DNA from: a candidate division WOR-3 bacterium
GTDB lineage: Bacteria > Hydrothermota > Tepidihabitantia > Tepidihabitantales > Tepidihabitantaceae
Assembly (NCBI GenBank): GCA_965649295.1
Contig: CBFGKH010000014.1
Coordinates: forward strand, 1-31,198
DNA: 31,198 nt
Direction: 5' to 3'
Shown one piece after another: positions 1 to 9,581 of the stretch. Under the pieces are notes generated by a model, which saw only the letters and a program-made list of their open reading frames with translations, made no database searches and was not told the origin of the DNA. Made by a program: the position numbers and the translations under genes. Every line of letters starts with the position of its first letter. Within the stretch, counting starts at the first letter, position 1.

Positions 1-111
1 AATCATGTTCACCCGAAACGCAATCTCCCGACTAAACGGAATCATCGAGAAAATCCGCCCCAGCGCCACAAACAAAGGCGTGCCCGGGGGATGCGGCACT
101 CCCATAATGTA
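1..111. repeat. Exact 111-nt direct repeat, copy 1 (copy 2 at 2995..3105)
   Basis: Base-by-base identity from aatcatgttcacccg to cccataatgta. It may extend beyond the window edge. Confidence 0.95.
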
Positions 112-243
112 GGAGACGGCAATCAGCTCTCCACAGTCCCAGAAAGAAGCAGTCGGCGCAACCGTGTATAGATACACCGCCAGCGTCGTAACGAAGATAA
201 GTCCAAAGATAATGAACCGAGTTGTTCGTTCGCCCACACTCAT
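1..243 (-). CDS. 5' part of a second DUF2723/TMEM260-like (GT-C) membrane glycosyltransferase, running off the left edge; not in ORF track
   Basis: ATG at 243 with GGAGGA upstream (256..251). Translates MSVGERTTRFIIFGLIFVTTLAVYLYTVAPTASFWDCGELIAVSYIMGVPHPPGTPLFVALGRIFSMIPFSREIAFRVNMI, colinear with the N-terminus of 388..3231. Confidence 0.92.
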   Translation of the reverse strand, partial: MSVGERTTRFIIFGLIFVTTLAVYLYTVAPTASFWDCGELIAVSYIMGVPHPPGTPLFVALGRIFSMIPFSREIAFRVNMI

Positions 244-387
244 CAACCAGTCCTCCTGTCATTACCGCAGCATCGGTAGCTTCTCACGAGCCGATGTTCA
301 TGCCAGTGCGACAACCGTCGCGCCTCGGCCGAAACGATCACAATGCTGCTCCTAAGCCGACTCGTCACCAACCACGCATCGCCGAGT

Positions 388-3231
388 TCAAGAAATGCTG
401 CGCAGTAGCTGCGCAGCGAGCGAGTCGGCCGGATTGCGACGCAGCCAGTCCTCTAGGACAGCCCGCGCCCGCGCCGTGTCATATAGCCGCTGCAGATAGA
501 GCATCGCCAGCGATTGGACTGGCTCGCGCCAGCCCGGCTCCCGGCTGCCAGCATCAAGATAGGCCTGGACTGCTCTGGCAAAATCGCCCTTCTGCTCCAG
601 CAGCCGGCCGCGCCGCAGCCAAAGCTCAGCATCGGTGATACCCAGCCGGATAATTGAATCAATCGCTACCAAGGCCAGGTCGAAGTTACCGTTGTCGCCG
701 GCAAAGAGCATCAGGTTGTAGTAGAGTGTCACCTTACGATCGTTGTCGAGGTCAAGTCGCAGTGACCGCAACACGGCCTCTTCGGCCTCGCTCAACCGAC
801 CCTGCCGCCGAAACTCGTTAGCCAGCGCCAGGTAGCTGGCAGCGTAGGTAATCAGTAGTCCACGAGTGTTATCGTCCCGATAGACCTTCGGGTCGAGAAT
901 TGACGCCATCCGATACTCGTCATAGAGACGGCGCCTAGTCAGCTCAACATCGACCTGACCAGGTGCTGCCACACCGGTTACCCGATAGACCAAACCTTCC
1001 AGCCGCAGGTATGGCGCGACATCAACCAGTTTCTCGCGACCGACTGTCGTGGCGAAATAGACCGGCGTCCGCGGCTGATAGCCAGGCCCGAAAACTCGCG
1101 CCTGATACTCTTCGGCCGTACAGGAATAGTCTTCAGGCCACTTGAGCTTGACGCCAGCACTTGTTGCCACAATCTCCCGAATCATGATGTCCTCAAGCAG
1201 GAATGTCCGATTGTTCTTACCCACAAAGCCACGCGGCAGTCGTTCAATTTCGTCCTCACTGAAGGATATTGGCGCGCCCCAACGCTTCAACTGTTTAATG
1301 TACCAGTTGGTGTTAAGCAACGACAGGATTCCGACCCGGACGTTCTTGCCAAAATTCGGGTCATAGCCCGCAACGTAGGATGGCACGACCTGAGCAAACC
1401 AGAGAGGAAACGTGTCATTGTCACCATTAGTGAAAATTACCGCCTTCTCACCTGGACAAGAATACAACATGTTGTAGCCATACTCGGCCGGTATCCAGTT
1501 GCCATGGCGTGTCACCGTGCCCCAGTTGAGTGCAGCCGGTACAAAACCAAACGCAATTAGCATAGCTGATGCCGCATAAACTGGCAGCCGCCGACCGCGC
1601 AACCAGTCGGTCAGGTAACGCAGGAAGCCATACGCACCAATGCCAACAAAGATTGTGTAGAAGACAAACGAAAAGGCGAAGAAGTAGTCTCGCTCACGCA
1701 CCTCTAGGAATCCAAGCTGTCCTTTGGCAGGATCTCCCCGTCGCGGGTCTGAAGGCGAGTACTTGAGGTTCAAGTAGGTGACGAGGCCAATCGAAGCAAC
1801 CAGGAAGGCGACAAAGATTAGGACAAATGAGCGCCTCTCTCGCTTGAATTGATGCCAAATGCCCCACAACCCAAGTAATGGCGCAACAAGTCCCAGAATC
1901 GCCTGCCATCTCACTCCAAGGAAGATATCAAAGAATCGTTCGTTGCCCCACTGCCAGAAGAAGTAACGGACATAGAACTTCACCTGCTCAAAGTATGCCT
2001 GGAGCACGCCAAACCGCGGATTCTGATTGAGACGCCAGTCATCCTCAGTCAGAAACTGAGTCTTGCGCGGCAGTAGCTTCATCGGATCATATTGCTCGCG
2101 TTTCAGCACAGAGACGAAATCGCGCCAAGTCGAAGGATCAGCCTCATTGATAACTGGCTGCTGCTGGGCCCGAATCATCATGATGAATTGCACGGTGCTA
2201 GCTAGGAGCACCAGTCCTAGCATTAGCCCAACATAGCGGAGGTTAAGCCGGCCCTGCCGTCGCAGCCAGTATAGGTAGCCACCATACCCGGCCACGAGCA
2301 GAACGAACCAGAACGGTGACCGCACCCAACGTTCGACAAACGCAACTGTCGGCGACGCAAGAAACAGCACCGTGTCGTCCATTATCTTGTTGCCAGCCGC
2401 CGCGTAGCCGATAAGAAAGACAATACCAAGCAGACCGAGACCCAGAAGCATCTTCCACCAGCGATCTGAGCGCTCCAGTACCCGGACACCAAGCCAGGTT
2501 GCCCCCAACATCAGGCCCAGCGCGAGAACCATTCCCACACCCGGTTTCATCTCGGCGCCGGTGAGAACGACCAGATAGGCGGCAAAAAGCTCAAATATGC
2601 GTAGCTGGATTATCGACTCCCGATCCACAACCAGCGCAAACACCAGCACCGCAAACACCGTCATCATCGGCGTGAAGTGAATCCCCGTCGACATAAACAA
2701 CAGAAATATCGCCGCCAGTATCAGCCGGTTGTCTCCCCCAGCCTGCACCTGCTCCCGCCACACCAGCGCCATGTACAGCACCAACAAGGCTATCACTACA
2801 CACGGCCCATACACCTCAGCCTCAACACAGTTGTCCCAATACGAATAGGCAAACGCACACGACAAAGCACCAAAGATACCCCCCGCATGCACCAGCCAAC
2901 GCAACCGCTCCCGCTCCGGCGTCGCATAGAGCGACAGCATCTTCACCACCAGCAGATAGATCAGCCCACACGAAAACGCCCCAAACAACACCGGAATCAT
3001 GTTCACCCGAAACGCAATCTCCCGACTAAACGGAATCATCGAGAAAATCCGCCCCAGCGCCACAAACAAAGGCGTGCCCGGGGGATGCGGCACTCCCATA
3101 ATGTAAGAAGCTGCTATTAACTCGCCGCAGTCCCAGAAAGCAGCGGTAGGCGCTACCGTCAGTAGATAAACAGTAACTACGGCAACAAAGACAACAGCGA
3201 AAACGACGAATCGAAGAGTGCGCTCGCTCAT
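388..3231 (-). CDS. DUF2723 / TMEM260-like (GT117-type) multi-pass membrane glycosyltransferase with C-terminal TPR-like region
   Basis: FWDCGE..GVPHPPG.P, EAEVY, REQY, RERDYFF and FTNGDNDTFPLW motifs; many hydrophobic segments; helical TPR-like tail. Confidence 0.88.
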   Translation of the reverse strand: MSERTLRFVVFAVVFVAVVTVYLLTVAPTAAFWDCGELIAASYIMGVPHPPGTPLFVALGRIFSMIPFSREIAFRVNMIPVLFGAFSCGLIYLLVVKMLSLYATPERERLRWLVHAGGIFGALSCAFAYSYWDNCVEAEVYGPCVVIALLVLYMALVWREQVQAGGDNRLILAAIFLLFMSTGIHFTPMMTVFAVLVFALVVDRESIIQLRIFELFAAYLVVLTGAEMKPGVGMVLALGLMLGATWLGVRVLERSDRWWKMLLGLGLLGIVFLIGYAAAGNKIMDDTVLFLASPTVAFVERWVRSPFWFVLLVAGYGGYLYWLRRQGRLNLRYVGLMLGLVLLASTVQFIMMIRAQQQPVINEADPSTWRDFVSVLKREQYDPMKLLPRKTQFLTEDDWRLNQNPRFGVLQAYFEQVKFYVRYFFWQWGNERFFDIFLGVRWQAILGLVAPLLGLWGIWHQFKRERRSFVLIFVAFLVASIGLVTYLNLKYSPSDPRRGDPAKGQLGFLEVRERDYFFAFSFVFYTIFVGIGAYGFLRYLTDWLRGRRLPVYAASAMLIAFGFVPAALNWGTVTRHGNWIPAEYGYNMLYSCPGEKAVIFTNGDNDTFPLWFAQVVPSYVAGYDPNFGKNVRVGILSLLNTNWYIKQLKRWGAPISFSEDEIERLPRGFVGKNNRTFLLEDIMIREIVATSAGVKLKWPEDYSCTAEEYQARVFGPGYQPRTPVYFATTVGREKLVDVAPYLRLEGLVYRVTGVAAPGQVDVELTRRRLYDEYRMASILDPKVYRDDNTRGLLITYAASYLALANEFRRQGRLSEAEEAVLRSLRLDLDNDRKVTLYYNLMLFAGDNGNFDLALVAIDSIIRLGITDAELWLRRGRLLEQKGDFARAVQAYLDAGSREPGWREPVQSLAMLYLQRLYDTARARAVLEDWLRRNPADSLAAQLLRSIS
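2995..3105. repeat. Exact 111-nt direct repeat, copy 2
   Basis: Identical to 1..111. Confidence 0.95.
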
Positions 3232-3236
3232 TTTGA

Positions 3237-3995
3237 CTATATCTCCTTTTGCAATGCCTGCTGCAGGTTATAACGAAGCTGAGACGGTGTCAGATTGACC
3301 AGCAAACGTCCCCGGTTGGCAAAGCTGATTCGGCCCGTTGTTTCCGAAACAATCACCGCCACCGCATCAGTGACACCGGTAATGCCCAATCCAGCCCGAT
3401 GCCGCATGCCTAGCGGCCCCTCGATATTACGCACGTCCGACAATGGCAAAGTGCAGCCTGCCGCCATCACCTGACTGCCGACAACAATCACCGCGCCGTC
3501 GTGCAGCGGCGCCGGTGGCGTGAATAGCGACGAAAGCAGGGCCGCCGAAACCCGAGCGTCCAGTCGCGTACCGGTCTCAATAAAATCACGCAGACCGACA
3601 TCTCGTTCAACCACGATAAGAGCACCAACCCGCCGGTCGCGCAGTTGAGCTGCAGCATCTACAATCTCATCAATCGCCCGGGCTCTTGCCTCCTGCTTCA
3701 AGAGAAACCGTAAGGGACGGTACCGACCAAACAACGAGAGCAAGTTGCGGATTTCCGGCTGAAAGATAATTACAAATGCAACAATCCAGATCGTGGTTAG
3801 TGAGGTAACGATCAAACCCAGCGCCTTGAAATCAAGCCAGCGGGCGACAAACGAAACTGCACCCAAGAGGAGCAGCGCATATAGCATCCGAATGGCTCGC
3901 GTTCCCTTGAGAAAACGCAGAAAATAATATGCCAGCAGCGCCACCAGCAGAACATCAACCACGTCGAGAAACCTAAACCGCAGAAACGAGATCAA
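3237..3995 (-). CDS. cdaA: Diadenylate cyclase CdaA (membrane-bound c-di-AMP synthase)
   Basis: Three N-terminal TM helices, FQPEIR, catalytic LHDGA and RHRA motifs, VSETTG.IS. Confidence 0.95.
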   Translation of the reverse strand: MISFLRFRFLDVVDVLLVALLAYYFLRFLKGTRAIRMLYALLLLGAVSFVARWLDFKALGLIVTSLTTIWIVAFVIIFQPEIRNLLSLFGRYRPLRFLLKQEARARAIDEIVDAAAQLRDRRVGALIVVERDVGLRDFIETGTRLDARVSAALLSSLFTPPAPLHDGAVIVVGSQVMAAGCTLPLSDVRNIEGPLGMRHRAGLGITGVTDAVAVIVSETTGRISFANRGRLLVNLTPSQLRYNLQQALQKEI

Positions 3996-5180
3996 CTACT
4001 GCCCCGCCATCACCGCATCGGCAACTGCTAGCGCTCTCTTGACCGGCAAGACATCATGCACTCGCACTATTGCCGCGCCATTCCTAGCTGCCACGACACA
4101 GGCCGCCACGGTTCCCTCCAGCCTCTCGGTCGGCTTCGTGCCGGTCAGCTCGCCAATAAAACGCTTACGCGAAGGGCCGACGAGAATCGGTCTACCTAGT
4201 GAACGCAGCTCCTTGAGTCGACGTAGAATCTCGAGGTTGTGTTTCAACTGTTTCCCAAAACCAATACCAGGGTCAACGATAAGTTGCTCAACCCCGGCAG
4301 CTGCACCTTTGGCCAGTGCCAGTTGCAGGTATGCGCAAATCTCCGCCATCAGGTCTCGGTAACTGGGGTTCTGCTGCATCGTACGCGGCCTACCCTGCAT
4401 GTGCATTATCACACACGGCACGCTAGCACGGGCAACAACCTCTGCCATCTTCGGATCAGCAAAAGCAGTCACATCGTTAACCATCGCCGCGCCCTCGGCG
4501 AGTGCCTGCTCCGCCACCGCCGCGCTCGCCGTATCTACAGATATCGGCACCCTAACTTTCTTGCGTAGCAGCCGTAGTACCGGCAGCAGCCGCCGTAACT
4601 GCTCACGGACCGGCACCGGCCGAGCCCCGGGACGGGTTGACTCTGCACCTACGTCAATCACATCAGCACCTTCATCTACCATCTGCTCGGCCTGATTCAA
4701 TGCTGCTGCCGGTTCAAGAAACCTACCACCATCCGAAAAAGAATCAGGTGTTACGTTAAGAATCCCCATCACATAGGTACGCCTACCCCACTCGAACCGA
4801 CAGTTGCCAATAATCGTTGTCGGCAGCTTAACCAGATAGCGACCAAGTAGCTCCCGCAGCTCTGGAGCAAGCCGAGCAACACATTCAGGCTGCCTCTCCA
4901 GCGCTGGTAGCAGTCGCTCAAGTTGCCGCAGCGTCGCAAAGAGAATGGCGTCGCTTTGACGCACACGCCCCGACACAACCTTACCGTGCACCGCACAGTC
5001 TGCGCCCGCTGCCAGACAAGTTTGCTTCAGTATATTGGCAGTTGCTACCGAAAGGGCCTCGAGGCGAATCGCTACCACCTCACGCTTGGCCGCAAAAACG
5101 CTCCAGCACTCCTGATCCACACCTACTGCAGCAAGTTCGCGCCAGAGGTCCTGTTCTTGTTCGAGGGACAGAATCCGCAC
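3996..5180 (-). CDS. folP: Dihydropteroate synthase, long form with ~120-aa N-terminal extension
   Basis: MGILNVTPDSFSDGG, GAESTRPG, DPGIGFGK, SRKRF and VRVHDV motifs. Confidence 0.96.
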   Translation of the reverse strand: MRILSLEQEQDLWRELAAVGVDQECWSVFAAKREVVAIRLEALSVATANILKQTCLAAGADCAVHGKVVSGRVRQSDAILFATLRQLERLLPALERQPECVARLAPELRELLGRYLVKLPTTIIGNCRFEWGRRTYVMGILNVTPDSFSDGGRFLEPAAALNQAEQMVDEGADVIDVGAESTRPGARPVPVREQLRRLLPVLRLLRKKVRVPISVDTASAAVAEQALAEGAAMVNDVTAFADPKMAEVVARASVPCVIMHMQGRPRTMQQNPSYRDLMAEICAYLQLALAKGAAAGVEQLIVDPGIGFGKQLKHNLEILRRLKELRSLGRPILVGPSRKRFIGELTGTKPTERLEGTVAACVVAARNGAAIVRVHDVLPVKRALAVADAVMAGQ

Positions 5181-5185
5181 GAAAA

Positions 5186-5213
5186 CTTATAGCCGATACG
5201 ACCGGCAAGTCAA
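5186..5213 (-). promoter_or_regulatory. Putative sigma70 promoter of folP-cdaA-DUF2723 operon (probably leaderless)
   Basis: TTGACT-16 bp-TATAAG, then 5 nt to the GTG start; no SD. Confidence 0.6.
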
Positions 5214-5284
5214 GGAGCAGCGGCAGATTCCGCCTGAAAGCACGCGGGGCAGCCTAGACCGCTCCCTAGTGAACCATGCTGGGA

Positions 5285-6484
5285 CTACCGTAGCACGTCA
5301 GCAATTCGGGAAAGCGCCCAATCCATCTCATCCTTCTTGATAACTAGCGGTGGCGCAAAGCGAATAATAGTACCGTGAGTCTCCTTGGCGAGAACACCCA
5401 ACTCCGCGAGTTTTTCGCAGAAGGGCCGCGCCTTGCCTGCTGCCGCGGTCAGCTCGACGCCGATGAGCAAGCCTCTACCGCGAATCTCCTTCACGTATGG
5501 CGATTTCATCTGCGCGAGTTCTCCACGCATGTACTCTCCCATTGCTAACGAGTTTTCCGACAGCTTCTCCTCGACGATCACCTCGATTGCTGCCTTCCCC
5601 ACCGCACAGGCGAGTGGGTTGCCACCAAAAGTCGAACCATGGTTACCGGGTACGAACACCGACATTAGCTCATCTGATGCTAGCGCACCCGACACCGGGA
5701 AGCAGCCGCCGCCCAAAGCCTTGCCAACAATCAGCACGTCGGGTCTTATGTCATCATACTCGTAACAGAAAAGGCGCCCGGTTCGTCCCAGACCAGTCTG
5801 AATCTCATCGGTCATCAGAAGCACATTACGTTCGGTGCAAATACGGCGGCACTCAGCCAGGTAGCCATCATTCGGTACTATTATTCCGGCCTCACCCTGA
5901 ATAGGCTCAACCAAGAACGCCACCGTATCGGACGTGATTGCTGCTGCCAAAGCACCGGGGTCGTCGTAAGGAATCAGCTTGAACCCGGGTGTAAACGGCC
6001 CAAAACCATCTCGATACAGCGGCTCCGAGGAAAAACCAACCTCGGTCGTAGTCCGACCATGGAAATTGTTTTCGCAGACGATGATTTCGGCCCTATCCCT
6101 AGGCACACCCTTCTTGGTGTATCCCCAGCGTCTGGCCAGCTTGATTGCCGTCTCCACACCCTCAGCCCCGGTGTTCATCAACAGCACTCGATCAAAGCCG
6201 GTCAGCTTGGTGAGAGCTTGACAGAACTCACCAAACCGATCGTGATGAAATGCGCGAGATGTGAGACAAAGCCTGTCCATCTGCTGCTGCATTGCCGCCA
6301 GGACTTTGGGATGCCGGTGCCCTTGGTTTAGGGCCGAATACGATGAAAGCATGTCTATGTACTTTTTGCCACCAACGTCCCAGACCCAGACCCCTTCGCC
6401 CCGTGCCAGCACAATCGGCAGAGGCAGGTAGTTCATCGCGCTGTACCGTTCTGCCAGACGGATGTGCTCAAACGTATCCATCAA
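5285..6484 (-). CDS. rocD: Ornithine--oxo-acid aminotransferase
   Basis: NY.PLP, YSALNQGHRHP, MNTGAEGVETA.K, FHGRT, EPIQGEAG, DEIQTGLGRTG, GKALGGG and HGSTFGGNPL motifs; AAGGAGA RBS. Confidence 0.95.
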   Translation of the reverse strand: MMDTFEHIRLAERYSAMNYLPLPIVLARGEGVWVWDVGGKKYIDMLSSYSALNQGHRHPKVLAAMQQQMDRLCLTSRAFHHDRFGEFCQALTKLTGFDRVLLMNTGAEGVETAIKLARRWGYTKKGVPRDRAEIIVCENNFHGRTTTEVGFSSEPLYRDGFGPFTPGFKLIPYDDPGALAAAITSDTVAFLVEPIQGEAGIIVPNDGYLAECRRICTERNVLLMTDEIQTGLGRTGRLFCYEYDDIRPDVLIVGKALGGGCFPVSGALASDELMSVFVPGNHGSTFGGNPLACAVGKAAIEVIVEEKLSENSLAMGEYMRGELAQMKSPYVKEIRGRGLLIGVELTAAAGKARPFCEKLAELGVLAKETHGTIIRFAPPLVIKKDEMDWALSRIADVLR

Positions 6485-6515
6485 GTCTCCTTACAATTGA
6501 CAACTCGGTAAATTC

Positions 6516-6543
6516 AGTCTAGCCGCGACAACCGTGAAGTCAA
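6516..6543 (-). promoter_or_regulatory. Putative sigma70 promoter of rocD
   Basis: TTGACT-16 bp-TAGACT upstream of the RBS. Confidence 0.6.
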
Positions 6544-6641
6544 ACCGACATCCGGACTGATTACCGCCTGCGAACCTAACAAGTGCCAGAGGGAAAAGAG
6601 AGAACTGCCTGTGTGTCCTACAGGCAGCGAACATATCTCAC

Positions 6642-8150
6642 CTACCTAGGTAGCAGCATTGCCACAGGCACCACCATCTCTTCCAGTGATATCCCACCAT
6701 GTTGAAAAGTATGCTTGTACGCCTTTTCATACTCCCGCGGCTTGGTCGGATAAATGAAATAGTAGTCGGATTTGGCTATAGCAAACTTAGTGTTCGCAAA
6801 CTCTGTTGGAAGCATGAAATCACCTGGGTCATGAAGCAAGATGGCATCGCGTCCCTCTACGCGCAATGCCCCACCATGCTTGTAACGCAGGTTGGCCGAT
6901 ATCTCGCGCGAACCGTAGATAAGCGTCGGTCGTCGCACCCGCACAAAACCGTGATCGCTTGTGATGATGACACGGCAATCGCGGTGGGCAAGGTCGCGCA
7001 GGAATTCAAACACCGGTGACGAAGCAAACCATACCCGAGTGAGTCCCACGAGTGCTGCATCATTTGGCACAAGCTCATCCAATAGTCGATTCTGACGAAC
7101 CGAATGAATCAGCAGATCAAGGAAGTTGACGACGACAGCCGTGAAGCGAACATTCTTATCAAGTAGCGATGACCTGGCCGCCTGTAGCTCTTCGCCGTGC
7201 GCCACCTTCAGGTAAGAAGACCGACCGGCAAATCCCAACCGTTTTAGCTGTTCACCCAACAACTCTGCCTCATACCGGTTCTGACCGGTATCGTCAAATA
7301 CCCACCAACGGGGAAATCGCCGGCTGATTTCCAGCGGCAGCAGACCGGCAAAGATGCTGTTGCGGGCATAGGGCGTAGCACTGGGCAACAAAGCACAGTA
7401 GTGCTCGGTCGTCACTACGAAGCTTTCGCGCAGCAACGGAACGATTGCCTCCCACTGGTCAAGCCGCATCGAATCGAAAACCACGAAATAAACCGGTTTG
7501 TCTTGCCAATAGGGTCTGACATGCCGTTCGATGAGTTGATGAGAGAGAACTGGTCCAGACCCGGCCAGCCAAGAACGGTAGTTCTCCTCGACATAGTGGG
7601 CAAACTCACCGTTCGCCTCACGCCGCTTGTCCAGCTCAACCTGCTGGAGGGTCGAATCAGCATGCCGACCAAGCAACCGCTGCCAGTGATTCAAACTACG
7701 GTAGAACTCTACCCATTCTATCCACCGTTCTGGCCACCTGGCATGGTTCATCGCCGCCATGTACTCGTGACCGATTCGGGTGGCGATAAGCTGCTGCTTC
7801 TCCAGCAGCCGCTTGACCACGGCCAGCAGCTGTACCGAAGTAAACGGCTTCACAACAAAATCGTCAACCAGCTTGCCATAGGCCTCATCCATCAAGGCCT
7901 CCTGATCTGACTTGGTCACCATCGCCACGAGCAGACTCGGGTCGATCTCCTTCAACTGCCGCAGTACCTCCAGACCATCCATGCCGGCCATTATCTCATC
8001 AAGCAAGATTAGGTCAAAGTCACGGCTTCGCACCAGCCCAATACCATCTGGACCATTCGTGGCCGTTACAACCTCATAGCCCCGCTCCTCGAGGGCATAG
8101 ACAAACGGCCGGAACATATCGATCTCGTCGTCAATCCAGAGAATCCTCAA
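6642..8150 (-). CDS. porX: PorX-like response regulator: receiver domain plus PglZ (alkaline phosphatase superfamily) domain
   Basis: ILWIDDE, LLDE.M.G.DG and MVTKS receiver motifs; PglZ motifs FDSMR.DQW, LPSATPYARN, TSDHG, FQHGGISLEEM; no DNA-binding domain. Confidence 0.85.
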   Translation of the reverse strand: MRILWIDDEIDMFRPFVYALEERGYEVVTATNGPDGIGLVRSRDFDLILLDEIMAGMDGLEVLRQLKEIDPSLLVAMVTKSDQEALMDEAYGKLVDDFVVKPFTSVQLLAVVKRLLEKQQLIATRIGHEYMAAMNHARWPERWIEWVEFYRSLNHWQRLLGRHADSTLQQVELDKRREANGEFAHYVEENYRSWLAGSGPVLSHQLIERHVRPYWQDKPVYFVVFDSMRLDQWEAIVPLLRESFVVTTEHYCALLPSATPYARNSIFAGLLPLEISRRFPRWWVFDDTGQNRYEAELLGEQLKRLGFAGRSSYLKVAHGEELQAARSSLLDKNVRFTAVVVNFLDLLIHSVRQNRLLDELVPNDAALVGLTRVWFASSPVFEFLRDLAHRDCRVIITSDHGFVRVRRPTLIYGSREISANLRYKHGGALRVEGRDAILLHDPGDFMLPTEFANTKFAIAKSDYYFIYPTKPREYEKAYKHTFQHGGISLEEMVVPVAMLLPR

Positions 8151-9436
8151 CGTCCCTCCTTTTCCATCGACTCCGCTACCGGCAGGAGAATCGAAAAGAC
8201 CGTCCGGCCCGGCCTTGACTCCTTCAGCATCAGCCGGCCGCCGTGATAACTCTCGACAATGCGCCGCGCTAGGGTCAGACCAACGCCCCAGCCATATTTC
8301 TTCGTAGTCACACCCGGGTCAAAGATTTTATCCGTCTTGACGCCTTCGCCGGTGTCGGTAATCTCGATCTCAAGGTACCGCCGGTCGAGACTGCAAGCAG
8401 TCCGTACCGTAATGGCGCCACTGTTACTGCCAATGGCGTCAACTGCGTTCTTAAGCAAGTTCTCCAGCATCCACGAGAACAGCACCCCATCAACCGGCAC
8501 AAGCGGATCGTCATCTAGCCTAACCGTGAACGCTACTGCCCGTGAAGTCCGCCGTCGGACAAACGCCACCACGTGCTCAATAATCTGACCTAGCCGCTGC
8601 GGACTGAGCCGCGGCGGCAGGCCGATGCGGCTGAAACGGTCGAGAATCTCCTGCATCCTTGCCAGATCAACCGCCATCTCGTCCGCCACTTCGCCGCCAG
8701 CTCGCTGACGAACAACATCAAGCCAAGCACTGAATGAAGAGAGCGGCGTCGCCAGTTGGTGGGCAGTCTCCTTAGCCAGGGCTGTCCATATATGCTCCTG
8801 TTCTCGCCGCTTGTAGGCAAGGATGCCCCAGATGCCGACGATGACGAATCCGACCAGCAAGAAAACCTGCAACAGCGAAAAGATTCGCAACGACCGAACC
8901 GATGCTGCCAGTTGACTGCTCACGCGATGCAGCGTCACCGTCGAAGCGGAAAGGCCGTAGTAGATCTCGCCCAGCCGACGAGTCGTGTCGCCGTCAGCGA
9001 CCAATAGTGGCACCGGCTCATGCTGTCGAGCCAGACTTACCTTGGCCTGTTCCAGTTCGCTTGAATCAGGCTCCGATACGGCAAGGTTACGCCAGGAGAC
9101 AGGTCGGCCCTGCCCGTCAGTTATAATCACCGGGAAGTCGAGCTGACGAATGACCTCCTCGAAGATAATGTCAAGCTCAGGTGAACCGCCCTCCGAAGGT
9201 TCCGTTGCCCGGCTCATAAACTTGGCATAGATTCGTGACCGCAGCTGGGTGTCGTTTTCCAACTCAGCAGCCAGAGTATTGGCATATGTCTGCCAGAGCT
9301 GACCCAGCCGCAAAAGCAGAAATTGTGAATAGAAAAACCAGACTCCGGCCAGACCCAGCAATCCGAATACGAAATAGAGCTGCAGCAGCCTGGCACCGAG
9401 TCGAAATCGGCGACCGCGTTTAGAAGGAGTTGACAA
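8147..9436 (-). CDS. Membrane sensor histidine kinase, PorY-like
   Basis: Two TM segments, H-box W..LAKETAHQLATPLSS, ENLLKNAVDA, DTGEG, G.TTK..GWG.GL.L.RRI. Stop overlaps the porX-like start. Confidence 0.9.
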   Translation of the reverse strand: MSTPSKRGRRFRLGARLLQLYFVFGLLGLAGVWFFYSQFLLLRLGQLWQTYANTLAAELENDTQLRSRIYAKFMSRATEPSEGGSPELDIIFEEVIRQLDFPVIITDGQGRPVSWRNLAVSEPDSSELEQAKVSLARQHEPVPLLVADGDTTRRLGEIYYGLSASTVTLHRVSSQLAASVRSLRIFSLLQVFLLVGFVIVGIWGILAYKRREQEHIWTALAKETAHQLATPLSSFSAWLDVVRQRAGGEVADEMAVDLARMQEILDRFSRIGLPPRLSPQRLGQIIEHVVAFVRRRTSRAVAFTVRLDDDPLVPVDGVLFSWMLENLLKNAVDAIGSNSGAITVRTACSLDRRYLEIEITDTGEGVKTDKIFDPGVTTKKYGWGVGLTLARRIVESYHGGRLMLKESRPGRTVFSILLPVAESMEKEGR

Positions 9437-9455
9437 AAACGTTGTGTTGCCCTAG

Positions 9456-9483
9456 ATAATAGACTATCCGGCCTGACTGTCAA
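9456..9483 (-). promoter_or_regulatory. Putative sigma70 promoter of the kinase-porX operon
   Basis: TTGACA-16 bp-TATTAT. Confidence 0.6.
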
Positions 9484-9527
9484 TCACTCCTCGCTTCCCG
9501 GCCTACAGCCATTAGGCCATTTCGGTA

Positions 9528-9555
9528 TTGATATTCTGCTGACCGATGCTACCAT
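9528..9555 (+). promoter_or_regulatory. Putative sigma70 promoter of the GNAT gene
   Basis: TTGATA-16 bp-TACCAT, divergent from the kinase promoter. Confidence 0.5.
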
Positions 9556-9581
9556 AGGTTAGTAGGAAGCCGGTCACAACA

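Noticed and set aside
1..3105. The 111-nt repeat pair as a diversity-generating retroelement TR/VR
   Set aside because: The copies are identical with no adenine-specific mismatches, both lie in N-terminal coding regions of paralogs, and there is no reverse transcriptase in the window.
9430..9460. Plus-strand TTGACA..TAGATAAT promoter overlapping the kinase start
   Set aside because: The -10 match is poor at 17-bp spacing, and a better-placed promoter for the GNAT gene exists at 9528..9555. It cannot be supported from sequence alone.
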